A DNA stretch of 64,000 nucleotides from an uncultured bacterium (GCA_963819815.1 CAWFXL010000001.1:640001-704000); one strand, 5' to 3'; shown: positions 10,174 through 21,081, numbered from the stretch's first letter. Program-made: numbers and translations. The notes: generated by a model from the sequence alone, not told the origin.

Positions 10174-10561
10174 TATCGCCTCCTTGTCTATACAGCTCTA
10201 GCGTTTTATGTAATGTTTCCAAAGCCAATAGAGCACAACGCATTCTAGTGGGCCCAAGCGTTATCCCAAGAAGAGCGAGCATTCTTTCTTGGGAAAGATT
10301 CTTAAGCTCCTCAAGCGAGCTGTGTTTGACACGCTCCGTAAGCATCGAAGCCGATGCTTGGCTGATTACACACCCTTTACCTTGAAATGCTATGCCCGTT
10401 AAGCGGCCATCCTCGACACGTATGGAAAGAGCAATTCTATCGCCACATGAAGGATTAAACACTTCAGCAGATATCTGCGCATCTACAAGATCACCATAGT
10501 TGCGCGGATGACGGTAATGTTCAAGTAATTCTTCTCTATAGAGAGGTTCATCCATAAGCAC
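10166..10561 (-). CDS. sufU: SufU/NifU-type Fe-S assembly scaffold/sulfur-transfer protein
   Basis: HYRHPRNYG, NPSCGD, GCVISQASAS and RMRCALL motifs. Confidence 0.92.
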   Translation of the reverse strand: MLMDEPLYREELLEHYRHPRNYGDLVDAQISAEVFNPSCGDRIALSIRVEDGRLTGIAFQGKGCVISQASASMLTERVKHSSLEELKNLSQERMLALLGITLGPTRMRCALLALETLHKTLELYRQGGDNA

Positions 10562-10730
10562 CCATATATCCTGTTAACTCTCTACTAGTGTAGAATATTT
10601 TAAGGATAACCTAAAGCTCAACTATCCCAGTCTTAAGGGTGCGTACTGTTTCCACTCACAGCCTGAGAAAAATGGCTCATCTCTTTTTTTTTCGAGCACA
10701 AATCTTCTATACTTCAAACAAAAGAGGTTT

Positions 10731-11540
10731 ATGATGAAACACGATGCGCCAACACATCTTCTCTGGGACTTAGGAAATACTCTAGTTGCTATAAACTCAT
10801 TCTCTATGGCACGGTATTTGGGACTCACCGATATGATGCTGTATTCACTTATTGAGCGCAAACCGCACAGAGAGATTTTTGATAAGGCTGTTGCGCTGCT
10901 TGCCCTTCTCTCAGACCGGGAAGCTGAAATTAGTCTTGCAACTGCCTATGGAAAGCCTATCCCACCACTCGTCCGCCAGTGGCTCACCGGCGACATCACC
11001 CGTGCTCAAACAAACCGATTCCTCGAGAGAGACTCTCTTGAAAGCTATGTTCCGAAGGGCTTCTTTTCAAGTAAGCGAGAAGCGCGACTTGTTAAGAAAC
11101 TCCTAGAAGCCCTTACTCAACCCGAAACATTTACTGCTGCAACCCGCATGATCAAAGAAGGAATACGCCTCTTAGAAGAATGCGCCGCCCAGTATGACGA
11201 ACAAGGGAACCAAAGAAATACGCTGTTCGTTTTATCAAACTGGGACCCCTACTCATTTAAGACGATGCTTGAAGCCACACACTTACAGGACCTCTTTACC
11301 TACTTTGAACGAAAGAATCTGATTATTTCTGGCGAAGTAGGCCTCATCAAGCCTTACCAAGAAATCTATTCCTATGTCCTTGCTACCTATCAGCTAACTC
11401 CTTCACAGTGCGTTCTCATCGACGACCAAGTAGAAAATATTCTTGGAGCACAGCATATGGGTATGCACGCTATTCTTTTTAAAGAAGGAAACTATGAAGA
11501 AGTAAGGAAAGAGCTCTGTGCCCTCAAGGTTATTCGCTAA
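10731..11540 (+). CDS. HAD-superfamily hydrolase
   Basis: WDLGNTL, LSNW, KP..IY and IDDQVENI.GA..GM motifs. Confidence 0.85.
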   Translation: MMKHDAPTHLLWDLGNTLVAINSFSMARYLGLTDMMLYSLIERKPHREIFDKAVALLALLSDREAEISLATAYGKPIPPLVRQWLTGDITRAQTNRFLERDSLESYVPKGFFSSKREARLVKKLLEALTQPETFTAATRMIKEGIRLLEECAAQYDEQGNQRNTLFVLSNWDPYSFKTMLEATHLQDLFTYFERKNLIISGEVGLIKPYQEIYSYVLATYQLTPSQCVLIDDQVENILGAQHMGMHAILFKEGNYEEVRKELCALKVIR

Positions 11541-11616
11541 ATTCCCCTATTATTGTTTCTCAAAAAATGGCTCGATTGCTATCAAGCTGAGATAAACTTC
11601 CACAGGAGTTATCGAT

Positions 11617-12195
11617 CTAAAACTCGCTAGGCTTCAGTTCTGCTTCATCTTCAAGAGACGGTATCGTGGAGCGAGAGGTTTTAAAGACGGCTATATATAA
11701 GCCTATAAGCCAAAGAGTTATAAAGATATTCCACCCGATAACAAAGCTCGCATGAAGAATGGCGCTATTACCCTCGATCAGGAGATAATACAGGTGTACG
11801 CCTGAACCACCTAAGAGCCATATGCTCGATCCGATGACCGTTGCAAGCCAAAACTCTTTATGAAAAATCGGGCTAATTAGTCCTAAAGCTCCTAAGCTCA
11901 ACTCAGAGAAGGCTAACTCATACTGAAAAGGAGACCAACTCCAGGCAAGACAGGCAGCTATTTCAGGACCATAGAGTATCTGCCCCAAGAACCCCGTTAT
12001 GAACAGGCATCCAACATTAAAAAAGAGGGCATACTTTAAAAGAAGCGCAGGAATGTACCGATGGGTATATCCAACACCAAGTGCAATGATAGCCACGGGA
12101 AATATGAGAGAGAGGCCGAATAGCACAAGCGAAAGGACCGTATTAAGGCACATAAACGACATGGCTTCTTGCATGCTCATTCCTCGGCAGTTCAA
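11617..12195 (-). CDS. Membrane protein (DUF6790-like)
   Basis: About 5 hydrophobic segments, WSPFQYELAF motif; start uncertain. Confidence 0.65.
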   Translation of the reverse strand: MNCRGMSMQEAMSFMCLNTVLSLVLFGLSLIFPVAIIALGVGYTHRYIPALLLKYALFFNVGCLFITGFLGQILYGPEIAACLAWSWSPFQYELAFSELSLGALGLISPIFHKEFWLATVIGSSIWLLGGSGVHLYYLLIEGNSAILHASFVIGWNIFITLWLIGLYIAVFKTSRSTIPSLEDEAELKPSEF

Positions 12196-12259
12196 AATAG
12201 TTCACTTAGGCAATAACAATATTTATTATTATATCATTTTTTTAAAATATCAACAACAA

Positions 12260-13477
12260 TCAGGCCCCTTTTCTCAAGGATCCCTTTTCAAGGTCCTCAA
12301 GGGCCGAAAGTAATCGATCTACATCGTCTAAAGACGAATACCCATAGAAGCTCACTCGTACCGATGCATCAATACCTAAACTCGCATGAAGAGGCTGAGC
12401 ACAATGATTTCCTGCTCGAACACAAATCAACTTTGTATCAAGAAAGGCTGCAATATCATGAGCATGAGCCTTTGAGCTCACAAAACTAACCATATGGCCA
12501 GACCGAGCAAGCTCTTCTTTTGGCCCTAGAATGGTGATACTGGGAAGCTTTGTAAGACCTTCAAGCAAACGAGCACATAGGGCAGCTTCATGCTGTGCAA
12601 GCTCTTCAAAAGAGATTCTGTAAAGGTAGTGTATAGCTGCTTCAAGGCCAATGGCCTGCGCAATGGGTGGCGTTCCCGCCTCATACCTTAAGGGTGCTTT
12701 TGCTACCTGATAGTCATGAAAAGAAACCGATTGAACCATGCCACCACCAAGCTGATAGGATGCGACTTCTGGCTGTACTTGACGAGCAATATAGAGTACC
12801 CCAATACCCGTAGGGCCAAGCATTTTATGACCCGAAAACACCACAAAATCTGCTCCCAAAGCATTCAGTACCAGATGCGTGCGCCCTGCTGCTTGGCAGG
12901 CATCTACCAGAACCTTCGCCCCAACTGCTTTTGCATGTGCGATGATCAAAGGCAGATCTACCTGGGTACCGAGTACATTCGACGTATGAGTAACTGCCAC
13001 GAGCTTTGTTTTTGAGGTTAGCATCGCTGCATAAGCTTCATAATTAAGAACGCCCCGAGCATGTAAGGGAATATATTTAACCACACACCCTTTTTCTGCC
13101 TCCAAACGCAGCCAAGGAAGGATGTTTGCATGGTGCTCAAGCTCTGAGATAATAATTTCATCACCGGGTACTAGCTGCTTTGCAGCCCAGCTTGAAGCAA
13201 TCAGATTAATACCCTCGGTAGCCCCTTTGGTAAAAATTATTTCATCAGGTTGAGCCCCACAATAGACAGCTACAGAGGTTCGTGCCTGTTCATACTGTGT
13301 CGTAGCTTCCTCAGCCAGGGTATAAATACCTCGATGCACCGGAGCATTGTGCGTACTGTAGAAGGTTGTCAGAGCTTCTATAACCTCAAGAGGCTTCTGC
13401 GTGGTTGCAGCATTATCTAAGTAGCTTAAAGCCTTGTGGATTGTAAATAAGGGAAAGTCTTTTTTGGGAAATATCAT
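12260..13477 (-). CDS. sufS: SufS cysteine desulfurase
   Basis: YLDNAATTQKP, EHHAN, FSGHKMLGPTGIG and RAGNHCAQP motifs. Confidence 0.96.
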   Translation of the reverse strand: MIFPKKDFPLFTIHKALSYLDNAATTQKPLEVIEALTTFYSTHNAPVHRGIYTLAEEATTQYEQARTSVAVYCGAQPDEIIFTKGATEGINLIASSWAAKQLVPGDEIIISELEHHANILPWLRLEAEKGCVVKYIPLHARGVLNYEAYAAMLTSKTKLVAVTHTSNVLGTQVDLPLIIAHAKAVGAKVLVDACQAAGRTHLVLNALGADFVVFSGHKMLGPTGIGVLYIARQVQPEVASYQLGGGMVQSVSFHDYQVAKAPLRYEAGTPPIAQAIGLEAAIHYLYRISFEELAQHEAALCARLLEGLTKLPSITILGPKEELARSGHMVSFVSSKAHAHDIAAFLDTKLICVRAGNHCAQPLHASLGIDASVRVSFYGYSSLDDVDRLLSALEDLEKGSLRKGA

Positions 13478-13777
13478 TAAGAAATGCCTCCATAGGTCAA
13501 AGGTACCTTAAATGACCCTATTATACAAGGGTACTTTCCCCCCAAAAGCCGCCTAGAATTTCCAAAAACCACCAATCAATAGCAGTTTTCGATGATTACT
13601 AGGTTAATACATACGTCTAGCAGCCACCACCACCCCCTGCCAAAAAACTTGGACCTCTCCAGATTCTTTGATTCGCTCGTGCCAAAGGCATATTGCCCAC
13701 CAGGGGATCCTATTTGAAAATATTATGATTTTATGATATGCTCTTATAGAGCAAATAAATAAAAAAGGGAATACTCT

Positions 13778-16348
13778 ATGAAAACGTTAAAGCGACTTTT
13801 TAAACTACTTCTTATATGCCTTTTCAGTGCGCAGTCGCAGGTCAACTGGCAGCTTCGTGCCATGAATGTAGATGCACAAGTGCTACAAGAAAATCAACCG
13901 GAAAACAATCCAGTTCTGCCAGAAGGTGTTTTCGCACTACCAGGAAGTCCAGGCAAGTCAAAAAATGGCTGGCATATCAGGAACATTTCAAACCAAGAAC
14001 TCTACGCAGCCTGGTATCTTTTTAAAGATCAACCAAACGGTGTATGGACTCGTATTGATGAACAAATGCACATCCTAAAGTGCGATGAGGAAAAACATAT
14101 CCCCTTTCCCGATAGGCCTAACCTGGAAAAAAGATTCTTCGAGTTCAATCCTCAAAGGCGATTACTGGTCAGCACCAATCGGCATATCCATGCTGATGAA
14201 ATTAAAGTAGATGCCGAAGGGAACCTTCCCCAAGGGATTGTAGCCTTTTCGCAGCATGACCTGGGGACATTTCAAGGCAAATGCACCTTACTTGTTACAC
14301 AGAATGGCCCAGAAGTTCGCCTATTAAACAAGGATATCCGATTAAATAACACAACAAGCAAAGAACTCTATGCCGCCTTATATGATGTAGAGTTACAGGA
14401 TGGAACCGCTACGAAATGTGACTTAGATCAAAAGCTATCGCCACAGCTCAGTGCCATTCTTAAATTACCTCAATGGGGCCTAAGGTTGCAGAAATCTAAG
14501 AAAATCATTCTGCTGCTCTCTGAGACTAAAGAAAAACTACAACCAAAAATGGCCCAGCAGGAATGGTCCAAACTTATCAATAAATCATTTGAATCATCAA
14601 ACTGGTATGATTATTATTGGGTGGGGTCGTATGATATTATTATGAGTGTTGCGGGACACTACTCTATTGTAGGGCAAGGCGGAGGATTCTTCAATGCATG
14701 CCTCCGATCAATTGGGGATATCAATCCCTTTACGGTTAGAGAAATAGAGAATCTTGAAAACAAGCTGCAAGCAGCCCCCCTACCAGAAGCAAATCCTGAT
14801 GTCGTGGTTACAACAGGAAAAACATCAAACTTACAGAGAGAAAAAGCCTATCTTGATGAGCGCATCAAGATAGTACGAAAAGCTTTGAATGACCTTATCA
14901 ATGATCCAGAGTATATGCTTGACGCTGAAGAAGCACCCCCTACGGTAGCCTTTGTTTTTTCAGGCGGCGGCATTCGTGCTCTTACTGCAACTACAGGCTA
15001 TCTCAGAGGAGCTGATAATGATGAGGGTGGAAATATCTTTAACTGCTCAACCCATATGATGGGTCTTTCTGGATCAACATGGGCAATCAATACCCTTGTT
15101 GCTTCAGGCATGAGGCCTAGTGAATTTGCAGAAAAACAACGGACCAAACTCGGAAAAGATATTAAACAGCTCTATTTTGAGCTGATTAATGACAGTATCG
15201 ATTACAGGAAACGCCGTTTTATGCAAAGTCGTTATAATCAATATACAGGGATAATTGGGAACTATGGCCATGCCCTTGGTAATGCCCTATGTAAGGATTT
15301 CTCGGTCAATGGAAAGCAAACCCATGATATTACCCTCTCTGACCTACAAGCTCATCTTGAAAAAGCTGAGTACCCCTTACCCATAAGTGTTGCCACATAT
15401 TCAGGTGAAACTGACACCTTAAGGACCTGGTACGAGTTCAGCCCTTATACGGTAGGTACTGCCCAACATGGCGGAGGATGGGTCGATACAAAATATTTTG
15501 GCTCACATTTTAAAGCTGGCAGTCTTCAGCAAGCCATTCCAGAGCTTCCACTTACCTATTATTTTGGAGTATGGGGATCAGCTTTTGCCCTTGCACCGCA
15601 AGATATAGCTAAGTCATCAACCCTAGGCGGCATTGCCGCGTATACTGTCAGTACATTAAGCTGGCTATCCAATCAGATTTGTGCACTTATGGCACGAAAG
15701 GTCTCAAAGACCGAAAGTGATAGACTCACCGAGGCACATATAGCGAACTTCTTCTATCAGATGAAGGATGGAAACGGTATGCATAGCATATTGGCGAATA
15801 AAGAAACAATTCCTCTCATTGATGGCGGAATTACCAAAGACGCCTCTCATCGGCACAACTTCGCTTCAGTCCCTGCACTTTGCCGAGAGATTGACGTTCT
15901 CATAATGTGTGATGCACATGAACATCCTAATAAGGATAAAGCATCTCACTTGGTAGCCGCTGCCAAAGAAGCTCGTCGCCTTGGGTTACCCTTCCCCGAA
16001 ATAAAAGAGGAAGGACCTCAAGCAGAAGCCCTCAAAAAGCAGGTCTCCACGCTCATTATGCCGACTCATGATAATGAACCAATGGTACTCTATATGACCA
16101 TCAAAAGGAACGCCATATATGATGAGAAGATAAAAGAGAACCTACATGAAGGATTTGATCCAGATTCAAGTGCTCCTTTTAAAGGTGGGAAACATTTTAC
16201 TCCCACGGTCAACTTTAGTTATACAGAGGAACAGTATGACCTTCTTACAGGCCTATCTGAAGAGATCTTTATGCAAAGTAAGGAGCAGATAAAAGATGCA
16301 CTTAAAAAAGCCATTAAAAGAAAAAGAAGCGCTCGTAAAAAAGCGTAG
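13778..16348 (+). CDS. Secreted cytosolic-PLA2/phospholipase-B-like lipase
   Basis: Signal peptide; FSGGGIRA oxyanion motif, GLSGSTW nucleophile, WYEFSPY, GVWGSAF, IDGG catalytic Asp. Confidence 0.88.
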   Translation: MKTLKRLFKLLLICLFSAQSQVNWQLRAMNVDAQVLQENQPENNPVLPEGVFALPGSPGKSKNGWHIRNISNQELYAAWYLFKDQPNGVWTRIDEQMHILKCDEEKHIPFPDRPNLEKRFFEFNPQRRLLVSTNRHIHADEIKVDAEGNLPQGIVAFSQHDLGTFQGKCTLLVTQNGPEVRLLNKDIRLNNTTSKELYAALYDVELQDGTATKCDLDQKLSPQLSAILKLPQWGLRLQKSKKIILLLSETKEKLQPKMAQQEWSKLINKSFESSNWYDYYWVGSYDIIMSVAGHYSIVGQGGGFFNACLRSIGDINPFTVREIENLENKLQAAPLPEANPDVVVTTGKTSNLQREKAYLDERIKIVRKALNDLINDPEYMLDAEEAPPTVAFVFSGGGIRALTATTGYLRGADNDEGGNIFNCSTHMMGLSGSTWAINTLVASGMRPSEFAEKQRTKLGKDIKQLYFELINDSIDYRKRRFMQSRYNQYTGIIGNYGHALGNALCKDFSVNGKQTHDITLSDLQAHLEKAEYPLPISVATYSGETDTLRTWYEFSPYTVGTAQHGGGWVDTKYFGSHFKAGSLQQAIPELPLTYYFGVWGSAFALAPQDIAKSSTLGGIAAYTVSTLSWLSNQICALMARKVSKTESDRLTEAHIANFFYQMKDGNGMHSILANKETIPLIDGGITKDASHRHNFASVPALCREIDVLIMCDAHEHPNKDKASHLVAAAKEARRLGLPFPEIKEEGPQAEALKKQVSTLIMPTHDNEPMVLYMTIKRNAIYDEKIKENLHEGFDPDSSAPFKGGKHFTPTVNFSYTEEQYDLLTGLSEEIFMQSKEQIKDALKKAIKRKRSARKKA

Positions 16349-16427
16349 ACTATTTTGCACAAAGGCGTACAATAATTTCTGAAGGGTATGCATAGTAGAT
16401 GTATAACCGATTTCGGGAGTTTTCAAT

Positions 16428-18428
16428 ATGGACTATCGACTATCCCTTATTTCTCTTATATGGATAGGTACTCTCTGGAGTAGTCAAACAGCAGTAGTCG
16501 TTCCTATCATTAAAGAGCTTGCAACAACTTGTGCATCTGAGACTCATGAAGTATCAGATCTTTTAAAAACTTTCTCTAAACTTCCTGAACCCGTTCAAGA
16601 GCAGCTCATCACAACTGATTATCTCAGTAAAGGCTATGTAGAATCCAAAGGTCTCATAAATGCAAAACCGCTGTTTATCGCAAAGACTGAAGTGGTCGAA
16701 CTTAAAAGCCCGTACGATGCCCACGGTCACAGGCGACCAACGCGTCACCCTTTGAACCCTTTTATCATAGGTCAAACAGAAAAAGAGCCTGTGTGCTTTG
16801 CCTACACCTACGATGCTGTAGTAAAAGTTCCCAAAGAAGAAGCGTACTTTGTTCCCCATTTTTTTGATCACTCCACCGGCAAAAAATATTTGATGCACCC
16901 TGATCATGCCAATGAAGATTCAGTGCGTCAGTTCATAGGGCCTAATAAACATGGAGTCATCGTATTCTTCGATCATAATGAAGGCCAGATGCATATTGGG
17001 AGACTCTATGAAGAGATATACAATCGCAAGGCTTCCTGTTGGGATCCTGAATGCCATAAGGCAAAAATGCTAGAAGGCTTCAATCGGCCTGACCTTGTCA
17101 ATGATTTCGCACCTGAGTTTGATCCCGCCGATCCTGTTACAGCAATTTCGCTGGATGCTGGAGAATTAGGCGAACCAATCGATGTCTCTTCCCATGATGC
17201 CCGCACTTTGGTGAAGGTGCTCATATATGGCTATGTACAGCATCTTTATAAGAATTATATCTTAGAGGGAAGGAAATCCGGCCGTGTGTTGCTTCATGAG
17301 TTCAACGAACGCGCAATGGGCTTATGTAACAGTTTTCTGTTTACTCCAAACCTTTCTACTAAGGAACTCCCTGTGCATCTAGAAGGTTCGGCAAGAGATC
17401 TTATTCTCGGCAAGGATCGATCAACTGCATGGATCCTCGATGGTCGAGCTTTGTATACCTACAGCATACCAACAAAAAAACAAACGACCGTTTGTACACT
17501 TCCCAATCTGGGATGCCGACAAGAGAGTGTCAAGGCAAGTCCGGATTATGAAAAGAACGATACGTCTGAAAAGATCACACGCTTTATCCTCGCTCCGGAT
17601 GAACAGTATGCACTCCTTGGAGGAGATCAAGGCTCGGTATTGTTAGTCGATGTTGCGAGCAACAATTGTCATGTGATTGAAGCGATGTCCGGTCATGCGA
17701 TTGTAGATATGTGGTGGAGTGAAAAAAATCGCATCGTGCTATTAAGTAGATCTGGAGTGGTTAAAGCCTATACTCTTAAGATCGGTACACAAGATGCGTA
17801 CGTAGAAACACTCATGAATGGTAACCAAAGTAACGAACGTGCAACAGTTTCTCAAGAATCCACCCAAGACGAAAATAGTACATCAGCTATACACAAACCT
17901 CGAATACAGCTCGCAGGTAATGCACGCCAAATTAATCTTACCAAAGATAATGTAGTTGCCTGGATACTCGACAAAGAAGCGCTCTATACCTATAGCCTAA
18001 AAACCCTCGAGCAAAAGCTTGTAGCCAAAATGCCGCAGTTACCTCCACGAAAAGATACCTATGTGTATGACTCTCAAACAGAGGAACATCTGCTAACTAC
18101 TGAGTGTGAACTTATTGACTGTTTTGTCGTATCTCCCCATGAACAGTATGCCCTCTTAGGAGGTAGCCAAGGGTCAGTACTCTTGTTCGATTTTGCACGT
18201 AATACTCATCATGAAATCGATGTACTAGCCGATGATGGCATCAAAGCGATAGTCTGGAGCCAAGAAGATCGTATACACATAGACTGCATATCTGGCTCGT
18301 ATAAAGAATTTACTCTTCACGTACTTCCCGATGGGAGTTTCACCAAAACAGATGAGCATTTTAGGTCAAGTAAGTTCGAATCTTGGGAAATAGATGAACT
18401 TATTGCTGCTTCCAAACCGCTAGCATGA
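16428..18428 (+). CDS. Secreted WD40-like beta-propeller protein with internal duplication
   Basis: Signal-like N-terminus; two copies of AWILD..ALYTYS...EQYALLGGxQGSVLLxD. Confidence 0.7.
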   Translation: MDYRLSLISLIWIGTLWSSQTAVVVPIIKELATTCASETHEVSDLLKTFSKLPEPVQEQLITTDYLSKGYVESKGLINAKPLFIAKTEVVELKSPYDAHGHRRPTRHPLNPFIIGQTEKEPVCFAYTYDAVVKVPKEEAYFVPHFFDHSTGKKYLMHPDHANEDSVRQFIGPNKHGVIVFFDHNEGQMHIGRLYEEIYNRKASCWDPECHKAKMLEGFNRPDLVNDFAPEFDPADPVTAISLDAGELGEPIDVSSHDARTLVKVLIYGYVQHLYKNYILEGRKSGRVLLHEFNERAMGLCNSFLFTPNLSTKELPVHLEGSARDLILGKDRSTAWILDGRALYTYSIPTKKQTTVCTLPNLGCRQESVKASPDYEKNDTSEKITRFILAPDEQYALLGGDQGSVLLVDVASNNCHVIEAMSGHAIVDMWWSEKNRIVLLSRSGVVKAYTLKIGTQDAYVETLMNGNQSNERATVSQESTQDENSTSAIHKPRIQLAGNARQINLTKDNVVAWILDKEALYTYSLKTLEQKLVAKMPQLPPRKDTYVYDSQTEEHLLTTECELIDCFVVSPHEQYALLGGSQGSVLLFDFARNTHHEIDVLADDGIKAIVWSQEDRIHIDCISGSYKEFTLHVLPDGSFTKTDEHFRSSKFESWEIDELIAASKPLA

Positions 18429-19536
18429 GTCGCTTATGTATCTCAGGATGAGCTACACATAAAGGCTCGTTAAAGAACCCCTCAATCAAAAGATGCTTTG
18501 CACACTCGACACTCATCCCTCTTGATCGCAAGTACTGGAGCTTTTCCTCATCAAATTGCCCTACAGCGCTACCGTGGGAACACTGTACCTCATGAGTCGC
18601 TACCTCTAAGGAAGGAATCGCACAGGTACGAGCTCCTGGACTTAACAGAAGAGCCCGCTGCTGTTGTAAGGCGACCGATTTGTGGGCATCTTTGAAAATG
18701 GCAATCGTTCCTCGATAAAAGGATTTTGCTTGATCCGTTCCCACTGTTTTTACCAATACAGAACTCGAACTTGAAAGTCCACGATGTTCCTGAACAGTCG
18801 TTAAAGCGCTCTGCTCAGTACCTCGCAAAGAACCTAGAAACGTATATTTCATGTGTGCTTCATCGTTCAACACATACTCCTTGCGTAGCCAAGATTGCCG
18901 AGCACCGGTAAGAACTTGCAACATCTCAAGATGGGACCCTTTTTCAAGATGCCAACTATCATGCTGGAGTATTACACCCCCCGTATGCTCACTCACCCAT
19001 ACAAGATCAGAGTGAGACGCAAGAGAACCTACAATAACTCGCGCTGAAAGCTCAGGAGAATTTACGCTATCTTGGACCTTTACTGAAATACCCTTTTCAA
19101 GAATCATAAAAAGTACCTCTTTACCACCAAGAGAGTCCTCAAGAGCTACATGCTCAAGAGATTCAGCGCAGTACATAATACGTACCCTATGAAAAGTGGC
19201 ACCGATAAGATGCATGAGAGAGCGGGGTCCGTTCATGGAGCTATGTAAAAGATCGTAGCATGCGGAAGGAATATGAGGAGCTCTATCTAGGGTAGCGATC
19301 CACGACCGTTCTCCAAGTTGCCGATAACTCGAAGCTGCACCTTTTTCGACTCCCCATGAAATCATGGGCGTCATAAAACGGGTAAGCTCTTTATCCGGTT
19401 TGCCTACCTGCGAATATCCTAAAAAAGCTTTGGCACGTAGCTCCTCCTCAAAAGGAGTCCAGGAGCCTTCTTTATTCAAGTGGCCGATAAGCTCCGTGGG
19501 AGGAAAAAGATCATGAGGAAATGCATATTGGGCCAC
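18400..19536 (-). CDS. sufD: SufD-like Fe-S assembly protein
   Basis: PSLEV..HEVQCSHGSAVGQ and YLRSRGM...LLIEGF C-terminal motifs; GTG start. Confidence 0.88.
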   Translation of the reverse strand: MAQYAFPHDLFPPTELIGHLNKEGSWTPFEEELRAKAFLGYSQVGKPDKELTRFMTPMISWGVEKGAASSYRQLGERSWIATLDRAPHIPSACYDLLHSSMNGPRSLMHLIGATFHRVRIMYCAESLEHVALEDSLGGKEVLFMILEKGISVKVQDSVNSPELSARVIVGSLASHSDLVWVSEHTGGVILQHDSWHLEKGSHLEMLQVLTGARQSWLRKEYVLNDEAHMKYTFLGSLRGTEQSALTTVQEHRGLSSSSSVLVKTVGTDQAKSFYRGTIAIFKDAHKSVALQQQRALLLSPGARTCAIPSLEVATHEVQCSHGSAVGQFDEEKLQYLRSRGMSVECAKHLLIEGFFNEPLCVAHPEIHKRLMLAVWKQQ

Positions 19537-19851
19537 CAGTGATCACCTTTATGTAGTCGATATCTCTCTCATGTGGAAGTCACCTGAGCAAACATATCGA
19601 ATGTACTGTTTAAGAGTACCTTAAACGTCTCTATCAATCAAAAAAAGGCCCGTTACACTATCTTAAAATCTTCAACGATCCTCCTTTTCTTGCTCAAGTT
19701 CTGATAACTGGAGAACAACTCATACAATCGAAGAAAGTTCTTATAGGAAGGTCCATCGAAAGCCGAGCAATCATTGACTGCCGCTGAGAATACATGATAT
19801 AACCTTACCACTAACAGAATTTTCTTGGCAATCACCTCATAAAGGAACCAT

Positions 19852-20877
19852 ATGTTTAAAGAAATAGTACCCTTAGGACTCTTAGTGATGTCTTTTTCAC
19901 TATTTCCTATGAATAAGACCAAGGTTGATACAGTACTTATTGTTCCTATGCAGTTCCGAGCAGACACAAAAGAGTGGTATCTCTTACTTGGCCAAGATAC
20001 GGGAGAGGCATACGGTGGGTTTAAGAAAAAACTAGTGCGTGAAACCCCCGATCAGGCAACAGTAAAGACCCTAGTTAACCAAACTAATGGTGTATATAAT
20101 GATAAGAACTTTACCCTAGATACTGCTTATAAAGTGGAAACTCCCCTGGGAGAGATGCTTTATTTTGTGAACGTGCCTTTTATTCCTGATGCAGACTTGA
20201 AGAAAAAAGGTGCGACTAAGCGATTTAAATCTGACTTTAGGTGGGTTCGTGTAGAAACACTACTCAAATCCAAGGGAGACTTTACTCCTTCAGGAAGCAC
20301 CAAGCCTGTGTACCCTGGGTTTGTAGAGAAACTCAAGAAGTATTTGCCGGATGCTCTGCAGAGTTTACCAAAACCCATTCCGGCAACTTCATCACAATCC
20401 GTTAGTGCTTCTGTACCCATAACAACCAAAGCCGTCCAGTCATCAAGCTCAGCAACTGCAACTTCATCAAAAGCGCATCATGTTACGAACTATACACATT
20501 TGGCTCAGTTTGTACTTGATAATAATCCACATGAGCCGAGTGAGAAGGAGTCGTTAGCAATCACTCCGATGTATGAAGACCTAGTGGACCGAGGTATTAT
20601 CGACAACTTTTTGATACGATATGAAGACTTACGACATCAAGATGGATCGACCTTAACCGAGAAAGAAAAGAAAGAGATTATCGATTATTTGGAAGCTAAC
20701 GACCATCATGCAGATGATATGACTTTAAGACTTGCCAACAACAATATTCATGTTCTCGCGCAAGGAACGCACAACCCTCAATTAAAAAATAAAGTATGGA
20801 GTTATGTGCATCGTTATATGAGAAGCCTACCAAAACTCGTTGAAGAGCTAAAACAACAAAATACCAAGGCTCGCTAA
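19852..20877 (+). CDS. Secreted hypothetical protein with degenerate Nudix-like N-terminal domain
   Basis: Signal-like N-terminus; YLLLG...GG..E.PDQA...NQTNG resembles a Nudix box; S/T-rich linker. Confidence 0.6.
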   Translation: MFKEIVPLGLLVMSFSLFPMNKTKVDTVLIVPMQFRADTKEWYLLLGQDTGEAYGGFKKKLVRETPDQATVKTLVNQTNGVYNDKNFTLDTAYKVETPLGEMLYFVNVPFIPDADLKKKGATKRFKSDFRWVRVETLLKSKGDFTPSGSTKPVYPGFVEKLKKYLPDALQSLPKPIPATSSQSVSASVPITTKAVQSSSSATATSSKAHHVTNYTHLAQFVLDNNPHEPSEKESLAITPMYEDLVDRGIIDNFLIRYEDLRHQDGSTLTEKEKKEIIDYLEANDHHADDMTLRLANNNIHVLAQGTHNPQLKNKVWSYVHRYMRSLPKLVEELKQQNTKAR

Positions 20878-21081
20878 GGCAGGTAATAGCTAGAGTCCCT
20901 GTTAATATAGAGCCCCCCACCCTCAATGCAATATCTAGGATTCGCAGGTTAATGCAAACGCTATTAGGGACAAAAATGTTGTGGATACAGTTTTCGCAAC
21001 CTAAACCATTGTTTTTTGTAGAAAGCACTTGCTATCCTATCGCTATCGCTAACTATGCAAACCCATTACCTGAGACCATCT

